From positions 480,001 to 544,000 of the forward strand of contig CAWDDT010000006.1 of NCBI GenBank assembly GCA_963801165.1: a stretch of 64,000 bases of DNA. Reading direction: 5' to 3'. The position numbers and the translations under genes were made by a program. The notes under the pieces were generated by a model. It searched no databases, had not been told where the DNA came from, and saw only the letters and a list, made by a program, of their open reading frames with translations. This DNA is from an uncultured bacterium (GTDB lineage Bacteria; Actinomycetota; Acidimicrobiia; Spongiisociales; UBA5794). This document shows, piece by piece, positions 29,572 through 39,767 of the stretch (its first letter is position 1; every line of letters starts with the position of its first letter).

Positions 29572-30896
29572 GCGTCCACCTCCGCCGCCAGGCGCAACGC
29601 CAGGCCCTCCAGACCGACAGCGCGGGACGCCTTGACCAGCACGACGTCTCCGTCGTCGACGAGCCCGGTCACAATTCTGTAGGCGGCATCCGGATCGGTG
29701 ACATTGCGCCCGATGGCGCCCGCTCCAGCAGCGATGCCCGGTTCGTCACCGATCGTGATCACATTGGCGAAGCCCAGGTCGGCGGCCAGCCGGCCGATCC
29801 GTTCGTGCTCGGTCCGTTCGATCGGGCCAAGCTCTGCCATGGTGCCGAGGACGGCGATGTGGCGTCCCGGCATCTCTGCCACTGTTCTCATCGCTGCTTC
29901 CACTGAATCCGGGTTTGCGTTGTAAGCATCATTGACCACGGTGAATCGTCCGCGGTGGATTTCCATCCGCCACTGGGAACCCGTGGCAGATTCGAGACCG
30001 GAACAGAGCGTGTCCAGATCGACCCCGACGGCGAGCCCTGCCCCCACCGCTGCCGCAGCGTTCAGGGCCTGGTGGGCACCGGCGATCCGCAGCCGGAGGG
30101 AAAGCGAACGGCCGCCTGCGGCCAGGTCGAACGTGGGATAGCCGTGATCGTCGACGACGACGTTGCCAACACGGACATCGGCGCCGTCCTCGATGCCAAA
30201 GGTCACGACGGGGCCACGACGATCACGGTGAAGGCGGGGCTCGGCTGCCGGAACGACAGCGGTTCCTGCCGGGTCGAGTGAGGCGATCAGCTCGTACTTG
30301 GCGTCCGCGAGGTCGTCGGTCGTGCCGAACGTCTCCAAATGGACGACGCCGAGGTTTGTGACTATTGCCACATCGGGACGCACCGCCGGCATGAGATATG
30401 TGATGTGCCCCCGTCCTCTCGAGCCGACTTCAACGACCAGATAGCGGGCATCCTTGGGGGCGCCCAGCACGGTGAGGGGTACCCCGACCTCGTTGTTGAA
30501 CGAGCGTGGCGACGCCCAGGCTCCGGGCAACGCCGCCGCCAGCAGGTCTTTCGTCGATGTCTTCCCGGACGAGCCGGTGACGGCGACCACGGGCACATCG
30601 ATGTCGCGGCGTGCGATGGCCGCGAGATCACGCAGAACCTGCAACGTATCGGCTGCGACGATCCGCGGTATCCCGGAAACGTCGGTCCGGCTGGTGACCA
30701 CAGCAACGGCGCCGGCCGCGACCGCGTCGGTGACGAAGGCGTTCCCGTCGAACGCCTCCCCGGCAATCGCTATGAAGAGGTCACCGGGAGCAACGGCGCG
30801 TGAATCGGTGGTGACCCGGGTGACCGTGACTCCCGAGTCGTCCCGGGCCTCGAGGCCCAGGTCTGCTGCAAGCGACGCCAGCAGGCGCGGGATCAT
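29568..30896 (-). CDS. murF: UDP-MurNAc-tripeptide--D-Ala-D-Ala ligase
   Basis: GSSGKTSTK, SFNNEVGVP, NDAYNANP, KASR. Confidence 0.96.
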   Translation of the reverse strand: MIPRLLASLAADLGLEARDDSGVTVTRVTTDSRAVAPGDLFIAIAGEAFDGNAFVTDAVAAGAVAVVTSRTDVSGIPRIVAADTLQVLRDLAAIARRDIDVPVVAVTGSSGKTSTKDLLAAALPGAWASPRSFNNEVGVPLTVLGAPKDARYLVVEVGSRGRGHITYLMPAVRPDVAIVTNLGVVHLETFGTTDDLADAKYELIASLDPAGTAVVPAAEPRLHRDRRGPVVTFGIEDGADVRVGNVVVDDHGYPTFDLAAGGRSLSLRLRIAGAHQALNAAAAVGAGLAVGVDLDTLCSGLESATGSQWRMEIHRGRFTVVNDAYNANPDSVEAAMRTVAEMPGRHIAVLGTMAELGPIERTEHERIGRLAADLGFANVITIGDEPGIAAGAGAIGRNVTDPDAAYRIVTGLVDDGDVVLVKASRAVGLEGLALRLAAEVDA

Positions 30897-32374
30897 GTGG
30901 CGTCTCCCTCGAGTCGAGCCAGCTCTTCCCTGGCTACAGCAGAGTCGTCAAACGGCAGCGTCCGGTCTGCGAACTCCTGGCCGGTTTCGTGGCCTTTACC
31001 GAGAATCAGCACGGCATCTCCCGGAACGGCCTGCTCGAGGGCGCCCTTGATGGCCAGCCGCCGGTCGGGCTCCACCGTCACGTCGATCCCGGCAGGGACA
31101 CCGGAAAGCATCTGCGCCTCGATGTCCTTCGGGTTCTCCGAGCGCGGGTTGTCGGTGGTCACAACGGCGACGTCGGCGACGGTGAGAGCGCGGCCCATCA
31201 GCGGGCGCTTCTCCCGATCACGGTCACCCCCGGCGCCGACGATGGCGATAACCCTGCCTTTGATCAGATTGCGTGTCTCGGCGATGACGCTGGCAATGGC
31301 GTCGGGGGTGTGGGCATAGTCGACGACGACCCAGATCCCGCGGTCGTTGGGGATGGTGTTGTATCTGCCGGGCACGGGCGGCATGGCGGCGAGGCGGGCA
31401 ACCGAACCATCGAGATCCCACCCCTGCAACCGGGCGCAGGTGAGCGCGACCGCGGCGTTGGCGACATTGAAACGACCGGCGAGAGCGATGATCACGTCGA
31501 CCGTCCTCGCGGCGATGTCCAGTGAGAACTCTGTGTGCTCCGGCGTCTCGCGGCCGAGGTGAACGGTCACGTCACAGGTGTCCTCGGTCCCTACCGTGAT
31601 GATCGGCAGTGCGGTCTCCTCCGAGAGGCGCTTGCCCCAGGCATTGTCGGTCCAGATGACCGCCTGCGGTGCCCACCGTCTGGCGAAAAGCTTCGCCTTG
31701 GCCGCGTAGTACTGCTCCATCGTGTGGTGGTAGTCGAGGTGGTCCTGAGAGAGATTGGTGAAGGCGACCAGATCGAACTCGGTCCCGTTGACACGACCGA
31801 GCTCCATGGCGTGTGACGACACTTCCATCGCAACGTCTGTGATTCGGCCTCGATCGAGCAAACTGCGGAAGATACGTTGCAGATCGCTCGACTCTGGCGT
31901 GGTTCGCGGCGAGACATCCAGATCGTCGAGGTTGGCGCTGACAGTGCCAATTACGGCCATCTCCCGGCCGGTGGCAGGCGCCATCGCCGCCAGCATGTGT
32001 GCCACGGTCGTCTTGCCGTTGGTCCCGGTGATCCCGACCACGTGCAGCTCACGCGCCGGCCATCGCTGGACCGCAGCCGCGGCCCAGCCAAGCGCCGCCC
32101 GGCTATCACCAACGAGCAAGAACGGCACGTTCTGCCGCGGGCGCTCCTCGACTACGACAGCGACGGCTCCCCTGTCGAGGGCGCTCTCGATGAAGTCATG
32201 GCCGTCGGCGCGAGCTCCGCGGATCGCGACGTAGAGGCTCCCCGGAGTGATGGCACGGCTGTCGAAATGGACATCTGAGACGGCGACGTCATCCCCATGC
32301 CGGGTCACGTCGAGGTGGTCGCCGATCGCTTCGGCTACCAGGGTTAGGCGAACGGGCTGATGGTCACTGGCCAT
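30893..32374 (-). CDS. murE: UDP-MurNAc-dipeptide--meso-DAP ligase
   Basis: GTNGKTT, MEVSSH, DYAHTPD; DNPR indicates meso-DAP specificity. Confidence 0.95.
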   Translation of the reverse strand: MASDHQPVRLTLVAEAIGDHLDVTRHGDDVAVSDVHFDSRAITPGSLYVAIRGARADGHDFIESALDRGAVAVVVEERPRQNVPFLLVGDSRAALGWAAAAVQRWPARELHVVGITGTNGKTTVAHMLAAMAPATGREMAVIGTVSANLDDLDVSPRTTPESSDLQRIFRSLLDRGRITDVAMEVSSHAMELGRVNGTEFDLVAFTNLSQDHLDYHHTMEQYYAAKAKLFARRWAPQAVIWTDNAWGKRLSEETALPIITVGTEDTCDVTVHLGRETPEHTEFSLDIAARTVDVIIALAGRFNVANAAVALTCARLQGWDLDGSVARLAAMPPVPGRYNTIPNDRGIWVVVDYAHTPDAIASVIAETRNLIKGRVIAIVGAGGDRDREKRPLMGRALTVADVAVVTTDNPRSENPKDIEAQMLSGVPAGIDVTVEPDRRLAIKGALEQAVPGDAVLILGKGHETGQEFADRTLPFDDSAVAREELARLEGDAT

Positions 32375-34115
32375 TTGGTGGAACTCCGAGTGCCTGGAGA
32401 GCCTTCTCGGCAACCTCAGCAAACACCGGAGCGGCCGAGACGCCACCGAACTTGTTCTCGACCATGCGCCCATCTTCCTCGACCGAACCTTGCGGCGAGT
32501 CGAGGACGACGGCTACAACTATCTGTGGGTTGTCGATCGGAGCGATCCCGATGAACGAGGCGATCCGGTCCTGGTCGCTGTATACGCCCTCATCGGGGAG
32601 GAACTTCTCGGTGGTACCGGTCTTACCACCGATCCTGTAGCCGGCGACGGTGGCCCTGCCTCCCGTGCCCTGGTCGACAACCGCGAACAGAAGCGCACGC
32701 ATCTCGGCGGCAGTGTCCTGGCGGAGCACGGGGCGTTGGCTGGGTACGGTCACTTCACGTGACCCGTCCGGGTTGATCATCTCGCTAACGACGTGCGGCT
32801 GGATCCAGATTCCGTCGTTGGCGATAGTGCCGAACACCGCGGCCATCTGTAGCGCGGTGACATCTACCCGGTAGCCGATGGCCGTCGAGGCGCCCGCGGT
32901 AGCCGATACCCAGTCCTCGACCGGATGCAGCAGACCGGGAACCTCACCAGGGATGGAGTCGCCTGCGACCTGGCCGAGACCGAAGGCCTGGAGGTACTGG
33001 TAATGAAGGGCGTTGCCGAGCTTCTCTTGAATCTGAATAGTGCCTACGTTCGACGAGTTGGTGAGGATCTCGGCCACACTCATGACCCGATTGTCGGTGC
33101 GGCCAACGTCGGTATATGGCTCGGACTTGCCGTCGACCTCGTATTCGGCAGGGACCAACCAACTGTCCTGTGGCGTGACGATCCCCTGGTCGAGGGCAGC
33201 CGAGACTGTGACGACCTTGAGCGTCGAGCCCGGCTCGTAGACATCGGTGACCGCCCGATCCCGAACCGCGTTCGGGTCGATGCTCGATCGATCGTTGGGG
33301 TCAAACGTCGGGTACGACGCCATCGCCAGGACCTCGCCGGTCCTCGGATTGAGCACCACGATCGTGGCCGCTTGGGCGCCGGTGTCGGCGACGGCGTTGG
33401 CAGCCGCCTGTTGCGCGACGTATTGGATCTCACGGTCGATAGTGGTCCGGATGTCATAGCCGGCAATTGCCGGTTCGATCTCGAGGTCCCCGAGCGGGAT
33501 GGGGACGCCGTCGGGATCACGTTCGAGTATGCGTGTGCCCGGGACGCCGGTCAGAAGCTCGTCGTACTGGGACTCGAGCCCCTCGAGACCGGTCTGAGAG
33601 TCCTGCTGGACGAAACCGACCAGTTGCGCGGCCAGATTCCCGGCGGGATACACACGGTAGGGCTCGTTCTGTATGTATATGCCGTCCAATTCGTTGTCCT
33701 GGATGGCGGAACGCACCTGATCGGCAACCGCAGGATCAACGTGTCGAGCCACGTAGGCGAATTTCGACTCGGGCTGATCGAATCGCTGGGTCAGCTGGGC
33801 CACGTCACCGTCTACCAACGGTGCCAGCACCTCGGCGGTTCCCGCGGGATCTGTGATCTGGGAAGGATCTGCGACAACGGTGGGCAGATCGACTGTGACC
33901 GCCAGTTCGATCCCGTCGCGGTCGAAGATCGTGCCCCGTTTGGCCGGGATGTCCTCGACGTGAATCCGCTGGTTCTCCCCATCGGCCATGAACTGCGCGG
34001 CCTCGACGACCTGAACCTGGAACAACCGGTATCCGATTCCGATCCAGGCGAGGATGAAGACAACTCCTACGACGACGACTCGTAGGTCGCGAATGCGCCA
34101 GGTCGGGCGCAGCAC
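32364..34115 (-). CDS. ftsI: Class B penicillin-binding protein FtsI
   Basis: RGTIFDR, YEPGSTLK (SxxK), SSN, KTGT; exact start uncertain. Confidence 0.93.
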   Translation of the reverse strand: MLRPTWRIRDLRVVVVGVVFILAWIGIGYRLFQVQVVEAAQFMADGENQRIHVEDIPAKRGTIFDRDGIELAVTVDLPTVVADPSQITDPAGTAEVLAPLVDGDVAQLTQRFDQPESKFAYVARHVDPAVADQVRSAIQDNELDGIYIQNEPYRVYPAGNLAAQLVGFVQQDSQTGLEGLESQYDELLTGVPGTRILERDPDGVPIPLGDLEIEPAIAGYDIRTTIDREIQYVAQQAAANAVADTGAQAATIVVLNPRTGEVLAMASYPTFDPNDRSSIDPNAVRDRAVTDVYEPGSTLKVVTVSAALDQGIVTPQDSWLVPAEYEVDGKSEPYTDVGRTDNRVMSVAEILTNSSNVGTIQIQEKLGNALHYQYLQAFGLGQVAGDSIPGEVPGLLHPVEDWVSATAGASTAIGYRVDVTALQMAAVFGTIANDGIWIQPHVVSEMINPDGSREVTVPSQRPVLRQDTAAEMRALLFAVVDQGTGGRATVAGYRIGGKTGTTEKFLPDEGVYSDQDRIASFIGIAPIDNPQIVVAVVLDSPQGSVEEDGRMVENKFGGVSAAPVFAEVAEKALQALGVPPNGQ

Positions 34116-34220
34116 GTCAGGACCCGGGCGGATCTGGGAGCCCGTTGCTTCCCAGGCCGCCAGCGATCGGCCGAATCAGGAACGCGTCATAGCACCGTCG
34201 GGTCATACCCGTTAGCCCGG

Positions 34221-34625
34221 TCATGGCTGTGCGCTCAGGATTGCCTTTAGTTGCGCCCACCGGTAGTCGGGGTCGAGCTCGTCGACACTGACTACAGGCA
34301 CCTGGAGCGCCACTCGTTCATCCGGGTAAACCATTCCGAGGTCGGCAATCTCCTGATCGAGGGCGGCGGGGTCCTCCATCTCGGCGAGCTGCATGCGAAG
34401 TTGAAAGTGCATTTGCTCCTGGGCTGTGATCTGATCGTCCAGCTTCTGAATCTCGAATGCCGAGTTGTCGAGCGAGATCCGCGAATAGATCAGGCCGAAG
34501 AACGCAACGGTGACCGCAAGCGCAAAGATGACCCAGTGGCTGATCTTGGTCCGGCGCGGGCGTGCCGAACCGGGAATGACTTCGAGGCCGGGGCGGGCTA
34601 CCGGGCGCGGCTGTACCAGCGTCAT
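34221..34625 (-). CDS. ftsL: Cell division protein FtsL-like
   Basis: TM segment plus coiled coil, located between rsmH and ftsI. Confidence 0.75.
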   Translation of the reverse strand: MTLVQPRPVARPGLEVIPGSARPRRTKISHWVIFALAVTVAFFGLIYSRISLDNSAFEIQKLDDQITAQEQMHFQLRMQLAEMEDPAALDQEIADLGMVYPDERVALQVPVVSVDELDPDYRWAQLKAILSAQP

Positions 34626-35560
34626 GACTTCACCTTCTCGACAACACGCATGAGCGCAGACCGGGCACGCGGATTGGCCGCGATCTCCGCCTGGCTGGGA
34701 CGCATGGGGTGGCGGACGGGAAGCTGTAGCTCTGCCGTCTTTCCGCAGATGCATACGGGGAAGTCGGGCGGGCATTCGCAACCGGTGCTGCCGGCGGCGA
34801 AGCGTCTCTTGACCATACGGTCCTCGAGAGAGTGGTAGGCGATCACCAGCACCCTCCCACCGGGACGCACCCAACGGATCGCTGCCTCAAGACCAAGCTC
34901 GAGCGCTCCCAGTTCATCGTTGACCGCGATCCTGATGGCCTGGAAAGTCCGTCGAGCGGGATGCTTGCGACGACGGAGCGCGGCAGGGACCGCGGCTGCG
35001 ACCACGCCGGCAAGCTGTTCGGTGTCCGTGATTGGGCGTGCGGCGACGATGGCTCGAGCGATCCGCCCAGCCATGCGCTCCTCGCCGTACCTTCTGAGGA
35101 CGTCAGCGAGGTCATCCACAGGCCACTCGTTGACGATTGTGTATGCCCCAAGTTCGGCGTCGCGGTCCATCCGCATATCGATTGGCCCGCGACGCCGATA
35201 AGAGAAACCTCGCTCGGCCTCGTCGAACTGATGGGAGGAGACTCCGAGGTCGAGTAGAAATCCATCGATGCAGGAACCGTCATCGGCGCCCCCCTTCTGA
35301 CAGATCTCGGACGCTATCGCGTCGAGAGATGCGAAATTGGCCCGGATCAGCCGTACGTCGCCCTCGACCCGGTCCCGTGCTATCGCGTCGGGATCCCGGT
35401 CGATCGCCACGACCCTTATCCCGGGGAACGCCTCCAGTAACGCTCGAGTGTGTCCCCCGCCGCCGTAGGTGGCGTCGACCACCAGGCGCGGTGAAACCGG
35501 TCGCAGCATCTCCACGACCTCGGTCACCATCACGGGTACGTGATATGGGTTCTGATCCAT
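34622..35560 (-). CDS. rsmH: 16S rRNA m4C1402 methyltransferase
   Basis: HVPVM, DATYGGGGH, DLGVSS, FQAIRIAVN, YHSLED, NPRARSA. Confidence 0.97.
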   Translation of the reverse strand: MDQNPYHVPVMVTEVVEMLRPVSPRLVVDATYGGGGHTRALLEAFPGIRVVAIDRDPDAIARDRVEGDVRLIRANFASLDAIASEICQKGGADDGSCIDGFLLDLGVSSHQFDEAERGFSYRRRGPIDMRMDRDAELGAYTIVNEWPVDDLADVLRRYGEERMAGRIARAIVAARPITDTEQLAGVVAAAVPAALRRRKHPARRTFQAIRIAVNDELGALELGLEAAIRWVRPGGRVLVIAYHSLEDRMVKRRFAAGSTGCECPPDFPVCICGKTAELQLPVRHPMRPSQAEIAANPRARSALMRVVEKVKS

Positions 35561-35563
35561 GGT

Positions 35564-35660
35564 CAGCCCCCCGGAGCGCTGGCGCCAAAGTGGAAGCGGG
35601 CGGAGTAAGGGGCCTCCCGATTGGCATCCGGGGGACTGGCCATGAGCCAGAACCTTTCTT
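35564..35660 (-). ncRNA. Structured cis-element between mraZ and rsmH, likely the actinobacterial mraW RNA motif
   Basis: 12-bp closing helix (CAGTCCCCCGGA / TCCGGGGGGCTG) covering the rsmH RBS, internal CTTCCAC segment, and the position expected for the mraW motif. Confidence 0.55.
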
Positions 35661-35713
35661 GTCTTCCGGCATTTCGTCTACCGGCATTTCGTGTTCTGTC
35701 AACTTGCGGTGGC

Positions 35714-36151
35714 TCATATCCGCTCGCCACCAAGACCGAGCACTTCCTCGATACCCGTGTAGTACTCGTCGGCTTCTGCTTCCTCGTTCCCCCAGACCTC
35801 GGTCGACCAGATCTCGATCCGATCCCCCGAGCCAACCACCGTGGCGTCCTTGACCATTCCTGCGAATTCCCGCAGTTTCTCCGGAATCGGAATACGACCC
35901 TGCTTGTCCAGAGAGACGTTGTTCGCACCCGCAAAGAAGGACCGCTTGAACTTGCGGGCTCGCCGGTCGGTGGTGGGAAGGCTGCTTACCCGCTCGTACT
36001 CCTGTTGCCAGGCTTCGGGTGGCCACACGTAGAGACAGCGTTCCTGCCCTTTGGTGATGACGCAGTCGTCGTTGAGGAGTTCCCGGAACTTGCGCGGCAT
36101 TACCAGACGCCCCTTTGCGTCCAGCGTGTGCTCGTACGTCCCCAGAAACAT
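35714..36151 (-). CDS. mraZ: Transcriptional regulator MraZ
   Basis: MFLGTYEHTLDAKGRL, LDKQGRI, RIEIW. Confidence 0.97.
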   Translation of the reverse strand: MFLGTYEHTLDAKGRLVMPRKFRELLNDDCVITKGQERCLYVWPPEAWQQEYERVSSLPTTDRRARKFKRSFFAGANNVSLDKQGRIPIPEKLREFAGMVKDATVVGSGDRIEIWSTEVWGNEEAEADEYYTGIEEVLGLGGERI

Positions 36152-36181
36152 GGAAATACGTCTCCATCTCTTGCATCATCT

Positions 36182-36216
36182 CCCACGGAGCCCCACCCTA
36201 TCCCACTACGCGCCAC
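36182..36216 (-). promoter_or_regulatory. MraZ operator: four GTGG(G) boxes at 10-bp period
   Basis: CCCAC at 36182, 36192, 36202 and GCCAC at 36212 (plus strand). Confidence 0.85.
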
Positions 36217-36335
36217 AATGCAACCCTTTTCAACCCCGGCGAACCACCTGATGACACATATGAGGCGTTCGACCCACCACCGGGTGTTTTCGGGTGTCGT
36301 CCGGTACGATTTGCGCCCCAGGAGCGGAGGTATCG

Positions 36336-37298
36336 ATGAGGCTTTGGCAGCAGGCAATGATCAGCCTGGCGCGGTCCGCACGAATCACCGACCTCGTCCA
36401 GAACCGCGGGGCGTTCAGCGGCCTGGCATCGAGATTCGTCGGTGGAGCGTCTGCAGACCGAGCGCTCGAGACCGCACACCGGCTCAATGGCCACGGCATC
36501 TCATCTTCTCTGTTCTATCTCGGGGAATATGTCGAGGATCCAGCCGTCATCGATGAGACGGTCCGGCAGCTCGACGCAGTGCTGGCGGGGCTGGCCGACG
36601 CGGGCCTCGACCTGCACGTCTCGGTGGATCCGACACAACTCGGGCTGCTCATCGATGAGGAGACCTGTGCCGCCAATGTGCGTCGCATCGCCGCGATGGT
36701 CTCCGACCGAGCCCCGGGAAAGCAACCTCGCCCCGGCCGGGATGCAGTGATGCTCGACATGGAGGATCATTCGGTAACCGAATTCACCCTGCGCCTCCAC
36801 GACCTATTGCGGACGGACGGGTTGCCTGTGGCCGTCACCGTGCAGAGCTATCTACATCGCGCCACGGACGACCTCAAAAGGCTGGCCGGACAAGGTGCGT
36901 TTGTGAGGCTGGTCAAGGGTGCGTTTGCCGAGTCGGCCGATGTTGCCGTCCGAACCAGAACGCAGATCGACAGCCGCTACCGCCGGGCCGCGGCCACGCT
37001 GCTGTCGCCTGCGTCGCGGGCGGCGGGGACGTATGTGTCTTTCGGGACACACGACGATGTCATCATCGAGGAGATCGCCCACATGGCCTCGGCCAACGGA
37101 TGGAGTCGCGATAGCTTCGAGTTCGAGATGTTGTTCGGTGTCCGCCCGGAGCTGCACAGCGATCTCGTGTCCCGGGGACTCCGGGTGCGGCTCTACGTTC
37201 CATTCGGGCGAGATTGGTTTCCTTATGCAATCCGCCGGGTCGGCGAGTCACCACGCAATCTCGGGTTTGCGGTTGGCGCACTCGCCCGGCGTAGCTAG
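36336..37298 (+). CDS. Monofunctional proline dehydrogenase
   Basis: LGE, LDMED, QSYL, RLVKGAF, GTHD, FEMLFGVR, LYVPFG, RRVGE. Confidence 0.88.
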   Translation: MRLWQQAMISLARSARITDLVQNRGAFSGLASRFVGGASADRALETAHRLNGHGISSSLFYLGEYVEDPAVIDETVRQLDAVLAGLADAGLDLHVSVDPTQLGLLIDEETCAANVRRIAAMVSDRAPGKQPRPGRDAVMLDMEDHSVTEFTLRLHDLLRTDGLPVAVTVQSYLHRATDDLKRLAGQGAFVRLVKGAFAESADVAVRTRTQIDSRYRRAAATLLSPASRAAGTYVSFGTHDDVIIEEIAHMASANGWSRDSFEFEMLFGVRPELHSDLVSRGLRVRLYVPFGRDWFPYAIRRVGESPRNLGFAVGALARRS

Positions 37299-37308
37299 GT
37301 TCACAGCC

Positions 37309-37860
37309 ATGCGACCTTTGCTCATCTGCCTCGGCATTCTCATACTCGGCCTGACGGCGTGCTCCGATCCGGCGGCCACGCCCACAACCACCGTCGAGAC
37401 GACGACGAAAGCACCACCCGAGACCACCACTACGGCGGCGCCGGAGAGCACCACTACGGCGGCGCCCGCAGCGACTACAACGACCACAACATCCGCAGCA
37501 CCCGAAACGACGACGACGGAACCAGCAGAGACCACCACGCTCCCCCCGTTTCCTCCGCCTCGCGAGTCGCTCGAGCACGGCGGTGAAGCCTGGGTCGTGA
37601 TCCTTGCCGGAGCAGGGGACTTCGACGACCCGGTGCTGGATGAAGCAGTCACGGCGGCCGCCGACGCCGGCTACACCACAGGCGCCACCGATTGCGATTC
37701 CGGCGCCGCGGAGGCGCTCGGTATGCCGGCGGACGAACACGTCGTCAGCGTCAGCGTGTACTTCGAGACCGCAGCCGATGCCGAGGCCGCCCTCGTCGCC
37801 TTCGAGGCCCGCGGTGTGAGCGGGACCGTCGCCACAGTCACGACCTACTGTCTCGACTAG
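37309..37860 (+). CDS. Thr-rich lipoprotein of unknown function
   Basis: Lipobox LTAC, Thr/Pro/Ala linker with a 24-bp duplication, small C-terminal domain with 2 Cys. Confidence 0.75.
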   Translation: MRPLLICLGILILGLTACSDPAATPTTTVETTTKAPPETTTTAAPESTTTAAPAATTTTTTSAAPETTTTEPAETTTLPPFPPPRESLEHGGEAWVVILAGAGDFDDPVLDEAVTAAADAGYTTGATDCDSGAAEALGMPADEHVVSVSVYFETAADAEAALVAFEARGVSGTVATVTTYCLD

Positions 37861-38167
37861 GCCGAGGGGCCGCTGTCAGTTGTCGTATCCGAGTTCGTTG
37901 AGAGCGTTGGCGACGACCTCAGCCCCCGCCGGGGACGATGACCATGAGGGTGACGGTACGGTTCTGTGCTCTTCCCAAGTACGACCGGTCGGGACGGCTC
38001 GCTGTCTCGTGTTCCCTTGATCCAGGTTTCGACCCGGTTTGTCTCGGCGGGGGAAACAGAAACTTGCGAGTGGAGACGAGCCCGAGCCAGGCCGGCAACG
38101 CCCGAGCCAAGCCGCCTGCCCGATCGCCGCTGCTGAGGGATAATGACGCCCGGGATGGAGGCAGGGC

Positions 38168-39688
38168 ATGAATCACGAGAGGCATATCGACGCTGTCCAA
38201 CGGCGTCGTGCGAGCCGGCCACGCGTTTCGCTTTGCTGGATTCTGGCAATCGCATTTTTGCTCGGTAGCTGCTCGGCCGACGAACCTGCGCCGCAATGGG
38301 GAACCAACGCCGATACCTTCTTCGCTGAATGGGACGCTGCCTGGTCTGGCGCTGATCCCTACGACATAGTGCGCTTCTATGACACCGACGTCGTCGTCGG
38401 GCTCATCCAGGACTACCGCTCATTGTCTCTTGGCGCCGGGTTCAGCGACACGGCCGTAACCGGAGACGGACGCGCCTGGCTGACGGATTGGATCGACAAA
38501 CAGATCGAGCCGCGGCAACGAGCCCTGGACCATGTGTACGTCGGTCGGTCCGAAGCGCTGGCGTTGGTCACGATCGATGAAGATGAGACGGCGGTCGCAG
38601 TGTCGATGACCGTCACCGACACATCGATCACTGCATCCACGGACATGAGATGGCGGGACGCTCATCTGCCCGGCGGCGCTCCCGACAATCGTCTCCAGTG
38701 GTTGGACGATTTGGCTACGACCTACGCGGCGGCCTGGACCACCGGTGACGAGAAACTGCGGGCGCTCTACCAGCCCGGGGCCACGATCGAGGCATTCTCT
38801 CAACCAGAGGTGGATTTGGATACCGCCCTGTCCATGGCCGACCTGAGGTATGGAGACGCTGTGGTCAGCGATGTGGCCACGGGCGAGCGCGCCGGTCCTG
38901 CACTCTTCATCGGACCCGACTCGGCCGCAATCGGTCTCGAAGCCAAGCGAGACGACGGTTGCCTGGTGCAGTCGGTGGTGCTTTTCACGCTCCAGGATCA
39001 GAAGATCGTGACGGAGAAGCGGCTACTCACCCCCGACTCGGTACGGCGGTGCTTCGGCAACGATGCACCCGCCCGGGGTTGGTGGAACGCCCTGGCTGTC
39101 CCCGTACCCGTCGATGAACAGGTCAGCGGATCCGTAACCGCAAACGACGGAACTGAGATCACGATCGTCAACGGCACGCCCGAGCTCGAGCGGCTTCTCG
39201 AGTGGGGTCTGGGTCGCTTCGAGGCAACCGGTCTTCCGGCACCACGGCTGGCGTCGGCGACCTTTGCGCCGGTTCCCGCGTGTGCATCCGCCCCGGGCCT
39301 GGTGACCGAGACAGTCAAGGACAAGGCAGATCTGATCCTGTGCACCGACGCCTACGAGGCCTGCCTGCCAGACCGAGCATCGTGCACGGACTTTCAACCC
39401 AGCGTCCGGCTCGGCATGCTCCACGAACTCGGCCATGCCTGGCTGCTCGAGAATCTCAGCGCAAAGACTGAATCAGAGTTCCTGGCCCTCAATGACCTGT
39501 CGTCGTGGGGAGACCCCGCCCAGCCCTGGCACCGGCGTGGCGCCGAGCAGGCTGCCGAGACCATGGCTTGGGGCCTGCTCGAACAGCCGATCAGCCTGTT
39601 CCGCATCGGCAATCCGCCCTGTGACACGATTGCGGCCGGGTTCGAGTTGCTGACGGGAACCGCATCGCTGCACGGATGCGAAGGCTGA
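38168..39688 (+). CDS. Putative lipoprotein with SnoaL/NTF2-like repeats and a C-terminal HExxH domain
   Basis: Lipobox-like LGSC; MLHELGH followed by EQAAE; fold assignments are inference. Confidence 0.6.
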   Translation: MNHERHIDAVQRRRASRPRVSLCWILAIAFLLGSCSADEPAPQWGTNADTFFAEWDAAWSGADPYDIVRFYDTDVVVGLIQDYRSLSLGAGFSDTAVTGDGRAWLTDWIDKQIEPRQRALDHVYVGRSEALALVTIDEDETAVAVSMTVTDTSITASTDMRWRDAHLPGGAPDNRLQWLDDLATTYAAAWTTGDEKLRALYQPGATIEAFSQPEVDLDTALSMADLRYGDAVVSDVATGERAGPALFIGPDSAAIGLEAKRDDGCLVQSVVLFTLQDQKIVTEKRLLTPDSVRRCFGNDAPARGWWNALAVPVPVDEQVSGSVTANDGTEITIVNGTPELERLLEWGLGRFEATGLPAPRLASATFAPVPACASAPGLVTETVKDKADLILCTDAYEACLPDRASCTDFQPSVRLGMLHELGHAWLLENLSAKTESEFLALNDLSSWGDPAQPWHRRGAEQAAETMAWGLLEQPISLFRIGNPPCDTIAAGFELLTGTASLHGCEG

Positions 39689-39767
39689 CCGAACGGGCGC
39701 GACAGAGCTGCCGCGTCCGTCGGCGGGTTTGGAATCTGGTGCGCACTGGGTTTGTTGGAGGCTCGTT

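Noticed and set aside
34116-34220. In-frame ATG-ACG-CGT-TCC-TGA upstream of ftsI as readthrough or recoding
   Set aside because: No supporting recoding signal, and FtsI is complete from GTG 34115 including its TM anchor.
37861-38167. Short ORFs between the two lipoprotein genes
   Set aside because: No recognisable motif or RBS; possibly a decayed 3' gene remnant (…AEVVANALNELGYDN*), but not supportable.
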